Positions 35,139 through 48,300 are shown, counted from the first letter of the whole stretch. The stretch: 63,993 nucleotides of DNA, filler included, from Craspedostauros australis (GCA_030167865.1; 7 parts of 7 records of this genome joined end to end with filler, not necessarily neighbours in it); one strand, 5' to 3'. A program made the numbers and translations. Notes: generated by a model from the sequence alone, not told the origin.

Positions 35139-38100
35139 TCATTTGGGGCTCTTCGGCGACTTGCTTGATTTGGATGACTTGGGAGACTTCGTCTTGCTCT
35201 CCTTTGATGACTTGTCCGATTTGTATGATTTCGCCCCCTTCGTGCTGCGCATGTAAGATGGTTGGGAGGAAGGGAAGGACGACGGCGCGGATGACAGCGT
35301 GGATGACGGTGTGGATGACGGTGTGAACGACGGCGTGGATGACGGCATCTTCGAGTTACCGTTGCAGAATTCCAGTGAACCCATGAAGTACTCAAAGGCA
35401 TTATTATAGAGAGGAGGAGGGTTATCACCGACAACAGCACTCGCCGCTCCCGTAAAGATAGTGAATGGGCAATTGTCGCAATCAATCCAGTCTGAAGGGA
35501 TGGGAATGATGGTGTTCAAGAATTCATCCCCCAAATTCGTTCGTGTATCGATGCGGATGGAGATCACATCGTCGCTTTCGGACACAGCCAAAGGTTGATC
35601 GAATGCAATCACGTCTGTGAATTCACCATCACCTCTGGCCTCGATCGTTCCCGATGCAAGTTCTGTCCAATTCCCGGGTGCATCCCACGTACTTGGGCGA
35701 TAGAAGATTGTGAAATTTTGGTTCCCCATCGATGGCAGGACAAGCCTCATGCCTGTGATGTCGACGCTATCCAGAATCTGAATGTCGTGTCGCAGTGAAG
35801 CGACCGTGTCAGTGAAGAATAATCTTGGGAGACCTGCTGTTTTTGCGTCGCGGCAGGTGTCTGTTGGTGCCTGTGAGGGGCCTGCGGATGGCTGGATTGT
35901 TGGCGATGCTGTCGTAGTGGGGGAAGCAGATCCAGTTGGCATGTCGGTGCCCGAATCCCGACAGAATTCGAGGATGCAGTGAAAGACGGGGAACTTATCG
36001 CTGAAATTGGGCGGTCTGTTTCCAACTTCGAGGCTACCTTGTCCGGAGAATACTTCGAATGGGCAGTCTGGGCACTCGAAGAAGCCCTCTGGGATCACAA
36101 TCGGAGATAATGAGGCCGCAATATCCAACCTGTCAGCCATGTCAATGCGGAAGGATACAATGTCATCATCCGCAGACACCGCCACGGGCTGATCAAATAT
36201 GAGGGAAGGGCTGAAGCCAGACGAGTCCTTGTCTCCGTTGTTTCCTGATGCAATCTGAGTCCAGTTGCCATCGGCATCCCAGGTGCTTGGGCGGAAGAAG
36301 ATCGTGTATGGCATGTTGGTGAGTTCAGGAGCCACGGGGATCTTGATGGCGGTGAATTCGATGCTGTCCAGTATGCGGACATCGAATCTGAATGACTCAA
36401 TGCGCTCATCGAAGCGTAATTCGGTGGACTCTCTGGGCGCCCACGTGCCACAACTTTCGGTTGGGACAGACGAAGGGGTCACACTCGGAGCATTCGATGG
36501 GGCTGATGACATTGATGGTGCCAGAGAAACGGATGGTGCCACACTTGGCGATCGACTGAAATCTCCTTTCACGCTCACCGTCGCACACATGGGTGTGGCC
36601 GAGTCATCATCGATGTTGGATACCGAAATGACGATCCCATCCAGCAAAGACGACTGGGCATCAATTCTGTACGATGGTTGTGTCATGTTCAGGATGGCCT
36701 CCAGATGAGAGAATCGGTCCTCTGTAGTGTTGTTGTCTTGTGCCCTTGTCACGAGGACCTGATCCCTGCCCAGTGGAGAATCGGCGTTGAAGCCAATGGC
36801 TCTGTTGAAGGCGATGTAGTAGTTCAATTCACTCTCAGGATCGTCAATTCGGATGATGACGTCGAAACTGGTGTCAGTGGGGTCATAATCGACCACTCCG
36901 CAGAGCCTTCCCTCGAAGTCGATGTCTTGACCTCCGGTGAGCAATGTGGTCTGATCGGAGTACCACCCCATCACCCAGCTCCCGGCACCTATGTGTGGCG
37001 GAGGGGCAGGCGCATGAGTAATGGTATTGAAGGGGTAGGTTTGTAGCATGAGCATGAGGGTGTGAAATGATTTGGCGCGGACGTAAAGAACAAAACGATG
37101 GAGAAGGGAATGATTGGTGAGACAGCGTACGTGGAGTGTCGCATCGCACCGGATGTGATGAGGTGACACGACTCCTCCTGCAACGGAATCATCTGAACCC
37201 TGGCTCTCCACAAGGCGATGGCGCAGGAGCACTTACCGTTGTACCCTCTCTTATTGGCCAGAGTTTCATTACCGAATGGACCATAAAGTGATCCACCCAT
37301 CGCGCCGCTGCGGAATAATAGTCGATGTTGGGGTCGGAATCCATTGACCGGAGGACGTCAACAACGAGGAAGAGGATACACGAAGACGGGTTAGATGGGC
37401 TTCGAACGATAAACAGGTTTCCTGCAATGTGATGAGGACCAGAACATGGCAGACGTGTCTAATGTGCTCTCTCCAAAGTTCGACTGTGTCCGTTCTTGTG
37501 TCCGGTCGTCCATCCGTCCACAAAGATTGATGCAGAATGTCACAGATCATGTCCAGTCTCTCTCTCTGCTGGCACATTGGCTGCGCTTACCTGGAATCTT
37601 CGTCCAGCACCCCGTTCCGATTGGCAGCGCCAAGCCCGAAGTTGCTACCGAGGCTGCTGATGATGACGGAAGGGTTGGCTGCCCAGTGCGTGCCTGGATA
37701 GTTTCTGATACCGTTGTACATGCTGACCTTTTGGTCGATATAACCGTACGCTGTGAATCAGTGATGTGTCAGTTGCATTGGTGCGCGCGTTGATAATCGG
37801 GAGAGTTTGATTCGCACGGAAGAAAGATGGTATGGCACGATGGAGTGAGATGGGACAGATAGGAGTATGAGCACGGGTCGAGCTCGTCACGATACCAGTG
37901 CGTCATGTTGATAAGGAAGATACGAGTTGTGTGGCCCTTGTCAGCACTTACCGGTCCAATCACGTCCAAAGCGGCTATCCAACGAGAAAGGGACCATGAT
38001 CAAGAAGAAATCAAAGTCATCATAGATCTTGAAGTCCTTCCGTAGAAATTGAAGGACGAGATTATCAACTGTTGTTGCCTGGAGAGCGCCGGGATCAACG

Positions 38101-39035
38101 TTATTTGAAAACCTAATTGTCAAAATCCCATCATCTGCCCCATTCGTCGGCATGGTGGAGAGCCTCAGCTTGTCAAAAGACATGGCCGCGAAATGGTCGG
38201 TGAAGTTGGGCTGAGCGCCGAAGATCCCGTCTTTGATGAGGGACTTGGGAACTGTGAAAATTGTTTGGAAGACGACCTGGATGAGGAGGAACTTCTTGTC
38301 GCCAGAACCACGGACATCAGGGGTGGTCAGAGAACGACCATGTCCATGGCCATGGCTTTGTTCGCTTCGTTGATGATGCTCGATCGTCATGTCATCGATG
38401 ATCTTCAAGTCCGGTAGCTTCAAGGAGAAGTCGGTGACATCGATGATGACATTCTCCAGAAACAACGTGGACTTGGAAGAGGAAAATGGCCATGCATGGT
38501 TGACGGCGGCCCATTCCGGCGTCAGCCCTTCGATGGCCATATGCACAGGCCCATGTGCTTCCTCATCGGATCCTTGGAGCATGCAAAACAAGTCAGTTGC
38601 ATCCGTTCCGTCGGCAGTGCCAATGATACGCGCCGAGACGAGGCATGGCTCCTGTAGGGTACTGTGTTCGTTCGAGGCAGCGTCATGCGTCTGAATTGAG
38701 TTCGATTCAGTTGTTGGTTGTGTGATGAAGGACGTGACGTGAAGTGACGTGATGTAATGCGTTGTGATGTATTGCATAATACAAGGTACAGAATCATGGT
38801 TGAGTTGAGGATGAGGTAATTGAATTGGATGCACGTACGCGTATGTCTGTGGATGCGGATGCGGCAAGGCGAGAATGCCAGCAAAGAAGGAGCCCCCACG
38901 CGTCGAGACAACAGTGACGGTTGCCATCTTGCTCGTACTCACCGTCAACCTTGACGCCGGGGATGCCACTGCCGTAGCGGCAAGCGCCACAAGCACCAGA
39001 GCAGCAAGGATTCGTTGGTAGAAGTGAGAATGCAT
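35139..39035 (-). CDS. Secreted gametolysin (peptidase M11)-like protein lacking zinc ligands, with two repeated C-terminal domains, PS-rich linkers and a KxxK tail; exons 39035-38943, 38690-37952, 37750-37591, 37307-37237, 36988-35139 (970 aa)
   Basis: Signal peptide and RSL pro-site. The spliced product reads DWTAYGY..SMYN...W...S.IISSLGSNFGLGA...DSSGAMG...YN..SWVMGWY...AFNRAIGFN. Four GT-AG introns with compatible phases give 2913 nt in total. Confidence 0.82.
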
Positions 39036-39918
39036 GGCTTTTCGTCATCAACGAGATGAAGGATTTATGAGATGATTTGGAGTCCGAGGAAGGAAGGGAC
39101 GAACAGCAACAGGAACTGCTGCCATTCCTTCGCCAGGGGTGTCTTCATGCTCGGTGGTGGAGCACTTGTATTGGCACGGTATCCATGGAGAAGAGGGGTA
39201 AGTGGATGGGCGGGAAAGCATCTGTCGCAGAATAGTGGAGTAGCCATGCATACACCTGTGGGTTGCTGTGTCTGAGCACGCGTACGACAATGAGTCGCTC
39301 GCTCGCGCATCACGTGTCATGGTGGGTGGTACTGGTGTTGTCTCTGTGGCCGTTCGCTGGAACCTTGTGTGCCGAGGTTGCTCAACTCCATCACGTGATT
39401 GTGTGGAGAAGTCATCCCCGACAGTTCGCTTGGAAAGATCCGGCCAACACCAATTTTGTGGAAGAACAGAACAACGTTGTCGTATTGATGTCGTCGGAAC
39501 GATCCGTTTGTGGATCAACCTCGTGTCACACGGTGTCAACGGAACTCAAATTTGTGAGTGGAACTACCCTGAGCGCACTTGAGAGATGGTGACATCGGAT
39601 TGGTGGCATTTTGCGCCCTTTGGGTCATTGAAGTGACGATCGGGGACAACCGGCAAAATGGGTCGAATTAGTCGATGTTGGAGATGACTGTCCCAGCCAA
39701 TCAGAGCTTTCTGTATTGGCGATGACATCTGTTTTCCCGAGAAGATAGTTCTCGACCCAAACTGGTGTTCTCGGGAACTCTTTGTGGGTCACAGACGACA
39801 ATTTCATTTATGGGACACATGGGGAGAAACTCCGATAATGACCCTCGCTAAGTGTGCCTTGGTTAAATCCCGAGAAATCGTGCCAACACCAAGCCCTTGA
39901 TTGATTTAGACGTCATTA

Positions 39919-40018
39919 GAAATAAATAGTCGTCATTCGAAATAAATAGTCGTCACAAGATTTATTTAGGCATTATTCGAAATTAATAGTCGTCTTTCGA
40001 CTTATTTAGATTTAGGCG
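39919..40018. repeat. Short AT-rich repeat cluster (AAATAAATAGTCGTC x3, TTATTTAG x2)
   Basis: Direct reading. Confidence 0.7.
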
Positions 40019-41774
40019 CTGATTGTCATCGGTATTGACGGGACTCGGTCATTTGGGCCAGCGGCATCGATGCCTTGTTGTATTTGTCCGGTATAGGGCC
40101 AACAGGATGTCTCACTAAGTTCTTCGAAAGGAGGTTCGTTCTTCGCCAATCGCGGAATGTCAATTGCGGCTTTCTTGTGTCTGTTGACAAAATCGGTTTT
40201 GGATGTCGAATTAGTCGTACTAGTCGATTTTCCGTCTCCGCTGCTTTTTGCCAGGTGTCCCTGTCGAAATCTGTCGGTGGGAGACGGAGAAAGATCAAGA
40301 AGCAAGGCCAAACGGAGACCTCAAGGAAAGAGAGATAGACAGATAGGAGTGGATGTGATCCACGGAACTATTATGATATGTTCAATACAAGTTCCTATTA
40401 TACTTGTTGATGGGATTTCAGGGACGGCAATAGTCGCTTGAGTGTTGAGTATCGACGGGTGTTCTGCCAATCTGTCTGAACGAAACAGTTTGAAATTGAT
40501 TCTGTTGCGGATGATGACGAAGGACATGGCGGTCTCCTCAGTCTCATTCCGCCCAATCTTTCCCTCCTCCCAACCAAACACCATCCACCGCCCACCGCCA
40601 TTTCAGATTCACGTTGGGTCAGTTGATTGGATCAAAGTGCACTGCCCTCCATTCATTCTTTCGACTGATCGCTGCCTGATGCCGCGGATCGGAATTCCGC
40701 GCACTCGATGAAATACCCGTACGCCATGTCGGCTGTCGTCCCAACGGCACCGGCCGCAATCATTGGAATCAGACCCTTCTTGTATCGCAGAGAGTACGCG
40801 GTTCCCAAGCCCACTGCGCCGACGCAGAATCTATATTGCCCCAGGAGACTGTCGTCGGCGTGTTGTATCGTGTTGTGCCGTGCGGTGGGGGNNNNNNNNN
40901 NNNNNNNNNNNNNNNNNNNNNNNNNNNNNNNNNNNTTAATTAATTAANNNNNNNNNNNNNNNNNNNNNNNNNNNNNNNNNNNNNNNNNNNNCTGCGTCTC
41001 CTTTTCCTCATCACTCGCGTGTTTCTCACACGTTTCCCATCGTGGAAGATTGACACTTTTGGTTCTGCGTTTGTCCACGGAATTTCGTCAGAATGACATC
41101 TTGAAACGACTCAACTCTGCCGAGCACTCAGGACTCGAATGTGGATAGACTTGCATCCAAGACTAGAAACGTGCTCACTATCGGTTTCGCAGTCATCCGC
41201 CGTTGGCGGTGATCGGCGACAGCAGGAGTGCGAGCATAGCTAGTACACGCTGCAACTTACGAGTTTCACGTACCATATCATTCAAATCTACGCGCAATAC
41301 GAGGAGAATACAACAGATGAAATAGGCCGAGGTCTACCAGTGCGAGTATGTGTGGTACATATGGTAGGCACACGACTCTTCACACTATCGCCCGAAGATA
41401 CATATCTTGGTTGGCAGGCAGTGGAGGGAAGGGAATATAGTGTGATATAATAGATTCGACAGTTTGCATGAGAAATGCAGACGGAGAAGCAGGCTCTTGA
41501 AGAGAGTACTCTGGAATAGAGTAGGGAAGAGGAGAGGAGAGTCCTGTACTTCATTTCATTTTCTTGAAAGTTGGGCCGCTCGATGATCAGAGCACATGGA
41601 CTGAATCAACGATCAAAACTACTTCCGCTCTCTTGAGAGAGGTGGTCGACTGGAGTAGACTACCGGTAACACATGACACTCTTGGTGAACTGAAGTACTC
41701 TGCGACTACTCTTCTCTGCTCTGCTTTGGGCCGCCCTCTTTGGACACAGCATCGCCAAGGCATCGTCGGTGATT

Positions 41775-41776
<2 letters not shown>

Positions 41777-41826
<50 letters not shown>
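41777..41826. repeat. (AGAC)n microsatellite
   Basis: About 12 perfect units. Confidence 0.97.
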
Positions 41827-41828
<2 letters not shown>

Positions 41829-42081
41829 TGCAAACGTGCACAGAACATCATGTACAAAGTTACAAACAGACAGCCACGTGCTTAATGTCCATAGCATCCC
41901 ATCACCCTCTCCTAAAGCAACCGTAGAGTCGGTACTCATGAACTACTACTCTCCAGAGTATTACGACCTCGCGCACGTACATTCTTCCATGGAGTGCACG
42001 GATACGAACACAAGTCTTCGAGAACCATGGTCGCAAAGGTCCCCCCTTCGAACTCTCGCCCATTCTATTTCTGTTCATGTT

Positions 42082-42771
42082 AGTTGAGATTCAATGAGGG
42101 ACAGACCATTACCGAACACGGTATCAACCCGATGGGAGAAATTCTTGTTTTGGCGCGAAATCTTCCGACTTGATCGACCACCAAATCTTTTCTCCTCCTT
42201 CCTCTCCTCCATTCACGAATCCATCACAACTCAAACCTGACCGACCTGACTCACACCCCACCTGGGAACTATATGCTCTTCAGATCCTCCTTACTACAAC
42301 ATACCTCGATTCNNNNNNNNNNNNNNNNNNNNNNNNNNNNNNNNNNNNNNNNNNNNNNNNNNGTATCCAACTTGCTTCAACTCAAGCAATGGAATCCGAG
42401 GGTCAGCTTCAGCCACAGCCACTGCTTCATGACCGTCACTACTGATTGTCATGACCTACACTGCAGTGTAACTACATGTGCGGAGAGCAAAGCACTGTAT
42501 TGATTGTCTACTCTGTTGCACTGAATCAAGTGCATCAGTGCAGGGTCTTGCCAAGTTGTGTGGCATCGTTTCTTCACCCTACTAACACCAATAAGCTAAC
42601 TCATAATAACAGACAAGGATTAGCTACAAAGCACTCTACTTCTCATCGTTACAAGTTATAACTCTTCAAACAGTACACCTCTCTTGAACTGCACCACACG
42701 GCTATCCCGAAGCCGGCAGATTCACGAGGCATTCTCCACCGATTCGTGACGCCTACGCCCGAATCCTAACT
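42082..42771 (+). mobile_element. Solo LTR of the CoDi-like copia family, AGTT...AACT termini, 5-bp TSD ATGTT
   Basis: ATGTT|AGTTGAGATTC ... CCTAACT|ATGTT; near-identical to 49587-50271. A 50-N gap lies inside. Confidence 0.88.
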
Positions 42772-43023
42772 ATGTTCAAGCTTCCAAGTATGCGCATTAA
42801 ACTTCGATGCGGTGAGATGAGCCAGAGATGGCTTTCAGAACAACTGCTGATACTGCGAGGACCCTCTGCTCACTCGGAGATCACCCTCCAGCACACAGCT
42901 ACATGCACGAAGAGCACGATCGCTAACGAGAGCACAAGCCGTGTTGGCCATGGGGATGGTGTGGCGGATTGTTGCAAAGATTGGAGGGAAAATACACAGA
43001 GAGGCTGGACGTTCCGAGAATTA

Positions 43024-45050
43024 TTAGAATTGTAGCTTCACCATGCCGCGTAGCAGCTTCTTTACAGCTGTCGTGAGTCGAGCCTTGTCGTAGACATCTC
43101 CCGACTGCCGCAGGACTTCTGCCGTCATCGGATAAGGATGGATGACGGCGGATAATGCGGTGATGCTTGTGCCAGATTGAATGGCCAGCGTGACTTCGGA
43201 GATCATGTTGCCAGCACCTTCTCCCACAACGGAGGCGCCAAGGATCGTGCCCTTGCTGTCGAGTCGGAACCGAACAAAGCCTGCCGTCTTGTCATCCAGA
43301 ATGGCCCGATCGTTGTCCTTGAAGTGCTTCTCAATGACGGTGTACGGAACCTCACGCTCATCCAGATCCTTTCCGAAGAACAGGGAGTTGCGGATGATGG
43401 CGCGGGGCATGCAGTCGGCGGCGTGGGTGAACTTGAAGTCGGAGCAGCAGTCTCCGACTCCGTACACGCGGCTGTTACTTGTCTGTAGCTTGTCATTGAC
43501 AAGGATGCCCTTCTTGTTGTCGTACTTCACCATTCCAAGTTCCAAGTCCATGCCCGTGACGTTTGGACGACGTCCGGCAGCGACCAGCAATACATCGAAG
43601 ACCAACTCGGTTGTGCCTGCTGACGCCCCCTTCTCCAGCAACGTCACTTTCATCTCGGGTATCCATTGTCCTGGACCTTGCCGGTCAATGCCACCTCCTT
43701 GTACTCCTTGACATTGAAGAGGAATTGGATGCTATCCTTGACCATCTGTTGCTTGACGACCTCTGCCATGTCCTTGTCTTCCTTTGGCAGCACCTTGCCG
43801 GATCGACCCAGCACGGTCACCGAAGTTCCCAACCGCTGCATGGCTTGCGCCAGTTTCATTCCGATCACGCCGGCACCAATGACGATCATGTTCTTCGGTT
43901 GCTTCGTCATGTTGAAGACGGTTTCGTTGGTCATGACGATGGGACGCGACATGGCACCATCGGCAGACGGCGGTGTGTTGGCCTTTTCGTAAAGCTCCTT
44001 GAGTCCCGGCATTGGAATGAGCGTTGGGTATCCGCCGGTCGCAATCGCGGCACGCTTGAATTGAAGGATGTGCGGCCGTTGACTTCGATGGTGCGTTCGG
44101 AGGTGAACTTTCCACGCCCAATGAAGATCTCGACGCCGAGTTCCTTGGAGTGCCGTTCTGCGGAATCGTGGTGACTGATGTTGCTGCGCACCTCGCGTAT
44201 GCGTTCCATGACGCGTTCAAAATCGACGCGCACCGCGGATGGGTCCACGAAGATGCCTGCGTTGTTCAGATGGTCCATGTCGCCGCGGATGGTGTGCGCA
44301 AAGTTCGCCGAATGAATGATGGCCTTCGACAGCACGCAACCAACATTGAGACTGTGGTGTTGCAGTGTGCAATTTACGATGCGTGGGTATGGAATCGTAC
44401 ATTGCGATTGTGCATGCGATTGTGCATGCGATTGTATATGGATTCCGGGGAGGAACGTCAGCAGTGAGGACGGCAACGACGGCAATTCTGAGCATGACGA
44501 CACTTCCAATCATCAAATCCAAGTGCTGCACAGTGATGCGGCACATTCATGCGATAAATCGCAATCTTCGATCATATTGCGTTGGTACCCCCGAACAAAT
44601 AAGTCGCACGTACCAATCACTACCCAACATGTGTTCCTCGATCATCGCGACGCGCGCGCCGACACCTGCCGATCCACCCGCTGTGATGAGACCGGCCGTA
44701 CCACCACCGATGACGACCAGATCGTAGGAATCATCTCCCTTTTCTGAAATAGGATCCTGCCATTCCGGTGGATGGACGTGATTCAACAAAGTGATGTTGT
44801 TTTCATCCAGCGGCCAGACCTTGGATGCCACGTGAATGTCGTTGGTGCGCCCAGCAGAGCCTTGCCCAGAATGACCGTTTCGTCGCGGTTCCGTGCCTGA
44901 CCACTGGTGATCAAGAAGTCCACAGCTTCGGAACCCACGAAGCAATCCTTGTGCATCTTGAGATGGTACTTGCGACCCTCCACCTTGATGTTCTGCTTGA
45001 ATGCTTGGGCGCTTTCATTGAGTTCGTTGTCAAACGTGATAATGGTTGTG
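43024..45050 (-). pseudogene. DEP-domain-fused pyridine nucleotide-disulfide oxidoreductase (MerA/LpdA-like) pseudogene
   Basis: DEP-like RKYHLKMHKDCFVGSEAVDFL; YDLVVIGGGTAGL; intron-split GSDC/LNVGCVLSK; IGAGVIG; GDC; HPYP. Several frameshifts and a deletion after NSLFFGK. Confidence 0.8.
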
Positions 45051-45302
45051 CTGTTGGTTGTCCTGTTGGCAATTGAATGACTGCATGGGTTGGTTGGGTT
45101 GCTGGCGATGTGCTTTGGTTGTTTTGTATGATGGTTGTTGAGGTATGGTGCTTATGAGGAGAGCTTCTGCGATGGCAGAGTCGTTGACGAAGGCAATTGC
45201 TANNNNNNNNNNNNNNNNNNNNNNNNNNNNNNNNNNNNNNNNNNNNTTAATTAATTAANNNNNNNNNNNNNNNNNNNNNNNNNNNNNNNNNNNNNNNNNN
45301 NN

Positions 45303-48300
45303 GGGTCTCTCTACGAAGCATGCTTCAACCGTACCTCTAGTCCTATCACCACGGACAGGTTCAATCACCCCTCAGTTCCACGTCGTATTCGATGACTGGT
45401 TCGCAACGATTGCTACCGACTTGAAGCAACTTCCAAGCTATCAATCGGAAGAATGGACTCGCATGTTTGGTNNNNNNNNNNNNNNNNNNNNNNNNNNNNN
45501 NNNNNNNNNNNNNNCAATGGAGCAGGACGACATCTTCGCATCAGACACGCGAGACCACAACCGGTTACAACGCAACGACGATAATACTCCACCACCGAGA
45601 ATTGATACGCGAAACCAACAAACCATCCGTGAAAGAGCGCCACAGGTATTGGCGAAAGAGTCGCAACAAACGACGCAACAGATCCCCGATCTCATGAGTG
45701 AAGTTCTCGCCCCTCCGATGCCAGTTTCAGAGGGAGCCAACAGGCAAATGTCTTCGACAGAGGGAGCTCCCGACGAGTCCCCGGTACCTGACTCTACTAT
45801 AGAGTCACCGGATCAGCGAACACTTCAACCGCAATTGAGTTCACCTCTCCGAGAGTCGCCAATTTCAGAACCGGCAACTCCATTACCACCTTTAGCTCCG
45901 ACGCCAATTGAGACTAAGTCCACGACAACAACTACGCCGAAGCCCGAGTCAACGCCAACAAGACCTCGAAGCACGAGAAGTCGCAAACAACCAAAGCGAT
46001 TCACGTATGCGCGCATGGGAGGCAAGGCCGCATGGTTGGACGACGAGGACACCGACGATTACTACTTCTGCCCCGCAGTAGCTACCTTGGAAGAAATTGA
46101 ACAGGACGCAACACCCAGGGAACTGCACCCCGACTCGTCATCGATCATCACATTCTCACAAGCTATCGTCGATTGCTTACATACAATCGAACCTCTCCAA
46201 CGCAAAGGTAGCGACTCTCTCTCCATCGATCTACACCAATTCAAGGTGGACGCTCACTACTTGTTGCGCAGACTTCGAGGTCGATTCAACACTTTGAATC
46301 CACAGCCAACCAACGTTGTACTTCCAACGTTCGCCCCAAAGGCAGCTCAAGTAGAAGAAGCAAGCATCAACATGGCTGACTGGTGGCAACCGGACCCCGA
46401 CGACATGACCGAGGAAGGAGCGACTCCATTCCAGGAGACGTACAACAACTTCCACTCGGACATGGAGGATCACTTCGAGAAAGACCTCAACAGCGTCTTT
46501 CTCGACGAAGACCTCCTCCGACTGGCCACCGACCACGCCGTCGAACAGTTCGTGGAGAAGCTGAGTACCTTCATCAGCACAGGCACGATGGAACCCCGCT
46601 TTGACGCTCTCGACTTCATGTCCAAGGCCAAATCAGGGCCATGGTACTACCAAGATCCCGAGCACTTGATGAACCAAGGGTACCTTCCACCCAAATCTGC
46701 GTACAGCGCAGAAGCGTTCGTCCAAAGGACTCGTTCCGTGTGGAACGCGATGATCGAGAATCATCACTACCGTCTTGCATTCGAGCTACTCCGTCGCCAG
46801 GTGACGACGATCCGACCAGGACCGTGGCTACGTCCAAGCGAATATGAGGTTGAGCAGTTCGTCCAAGGCATGATTGAGTCGAACACGGCGCCACTCACTT
46901 CGGCCCCAGCGACTCGCTCTGCCAACCAAGGATTCATGCTCGACATCGACTCATCATCCACGCTCGACATCAATCCGTCATTCATCCTCGACACAGCGAA
47001 GTGCATTCCACCAACCACATGGGCGAACATCGAGCAGCATGCCTACTCCGTCGCAATCATCGAGCCACAGAAGGATGCAACAAACTTCCCCACCTACGTC
47101 GATAATCGCATGATGAGCTACTTCGCCGCAGGTGGCGACTTGGATATCGCCGAACGCACCTCGGTGTATAAGGCATCCAACACCGATCCGGACACCCTCT
47201 CCTTCGACGAAGCCATTCGCGACGACAACAAGGACGAGTGGATGCAAGCCGCCGAAAAGGAGATTCGAGATCTCACGGAAAAAGGCACGTGGGAGGAAGT
47301 GAAGAAGATCGACGTCGTCAACGATCGCATCTTTCCAGGAACCTGGGTCTTTCGCCGCAAGCGCCTTCCCGACGGAACCATCAAGAAATACAAGGGACGC
47401 TGGTGTTGCCGTGGAGACCTCATGCAAGAGGATGCCTCCACCTACGCACCAGTCGTCGCCTGGTCATCCGTCCGCATCTTCCTCAGCACTTCCATAGTCA
47501 TGGGTTAGACAACAACGTCCATCGACTTCACGAACGCTTTCGTGCAAGCATCCATCCACAAGCCAGTTTACCTTCATCTCCCTCGCGGATTCAAGTCAAC
47601 GAAGGGTCCCGACACCTGCCTCAAGCTCCGCAAGAGCCTGTACGGCTTGACGATTGCTCCTCGCCTCTGGTATGAACATCTCATCCGAGCCCTCACAACG
47701 ATCGGCTTCAAGGCCTGCGATCANGAGCAGTGCNTGTTCATCAAGCAGGACATNATGATCGTCCTCTACGTTGACGATGCGGGCATCGCCTCCAAGACCA
47801 AGCAAGCCGCCGNCGACTTCATCAAGTCAATGCGCGACCTCGGCTTTGAGCTCACCCAAGAAGGAAGCTTCACCGAGTTCCTGGGAATCGAGCTCAGCCG
47901 TGATCCAAAAGCAGACACGGTCCATCTCCGCCAGCCAGGATTGATCAAAAAGATCCTCGCAACCACGAAGATGGCGAACTGCAGTCCGTGCCCCGTACCA
48001 ACTACGCAGCTTGCACTGGGACAGTGCAAGCATGAGCCTCCCATGAACGAACCATGGAACTACCGCTCCGTCGTCGGCATGCTGTTGTATCTCACGACCA
48101 ACACTCGCCCCGACCTGGCATTCGCAGTCTCCCAAGTCGCTCGCTTCGGAAGTGANCCTCGCCGCTCACACGCCAAGGCCATCAAGCGCATCATGCGCTA
48201 CCTCAAGCACACTGAGGACAAGGGCACCATCGTGCGTCCCACCGGGCAGCTCGATCTCAAGTGCTACGTGGATGCAGACTTCGCAGGACTCTACAGACGA

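Noticed and set aside
43024..44760. Functional mercuric reductase (merA)
   Set aside because: Frameshifts, an internal deletion and no C-terminal Cys-Cys pair.
47506..47508. Programmed stop read-through in pol
   Set aside because: The TAG falls inside RT where TGG (Trp) is expected, and a frameshift follows; simple decay.
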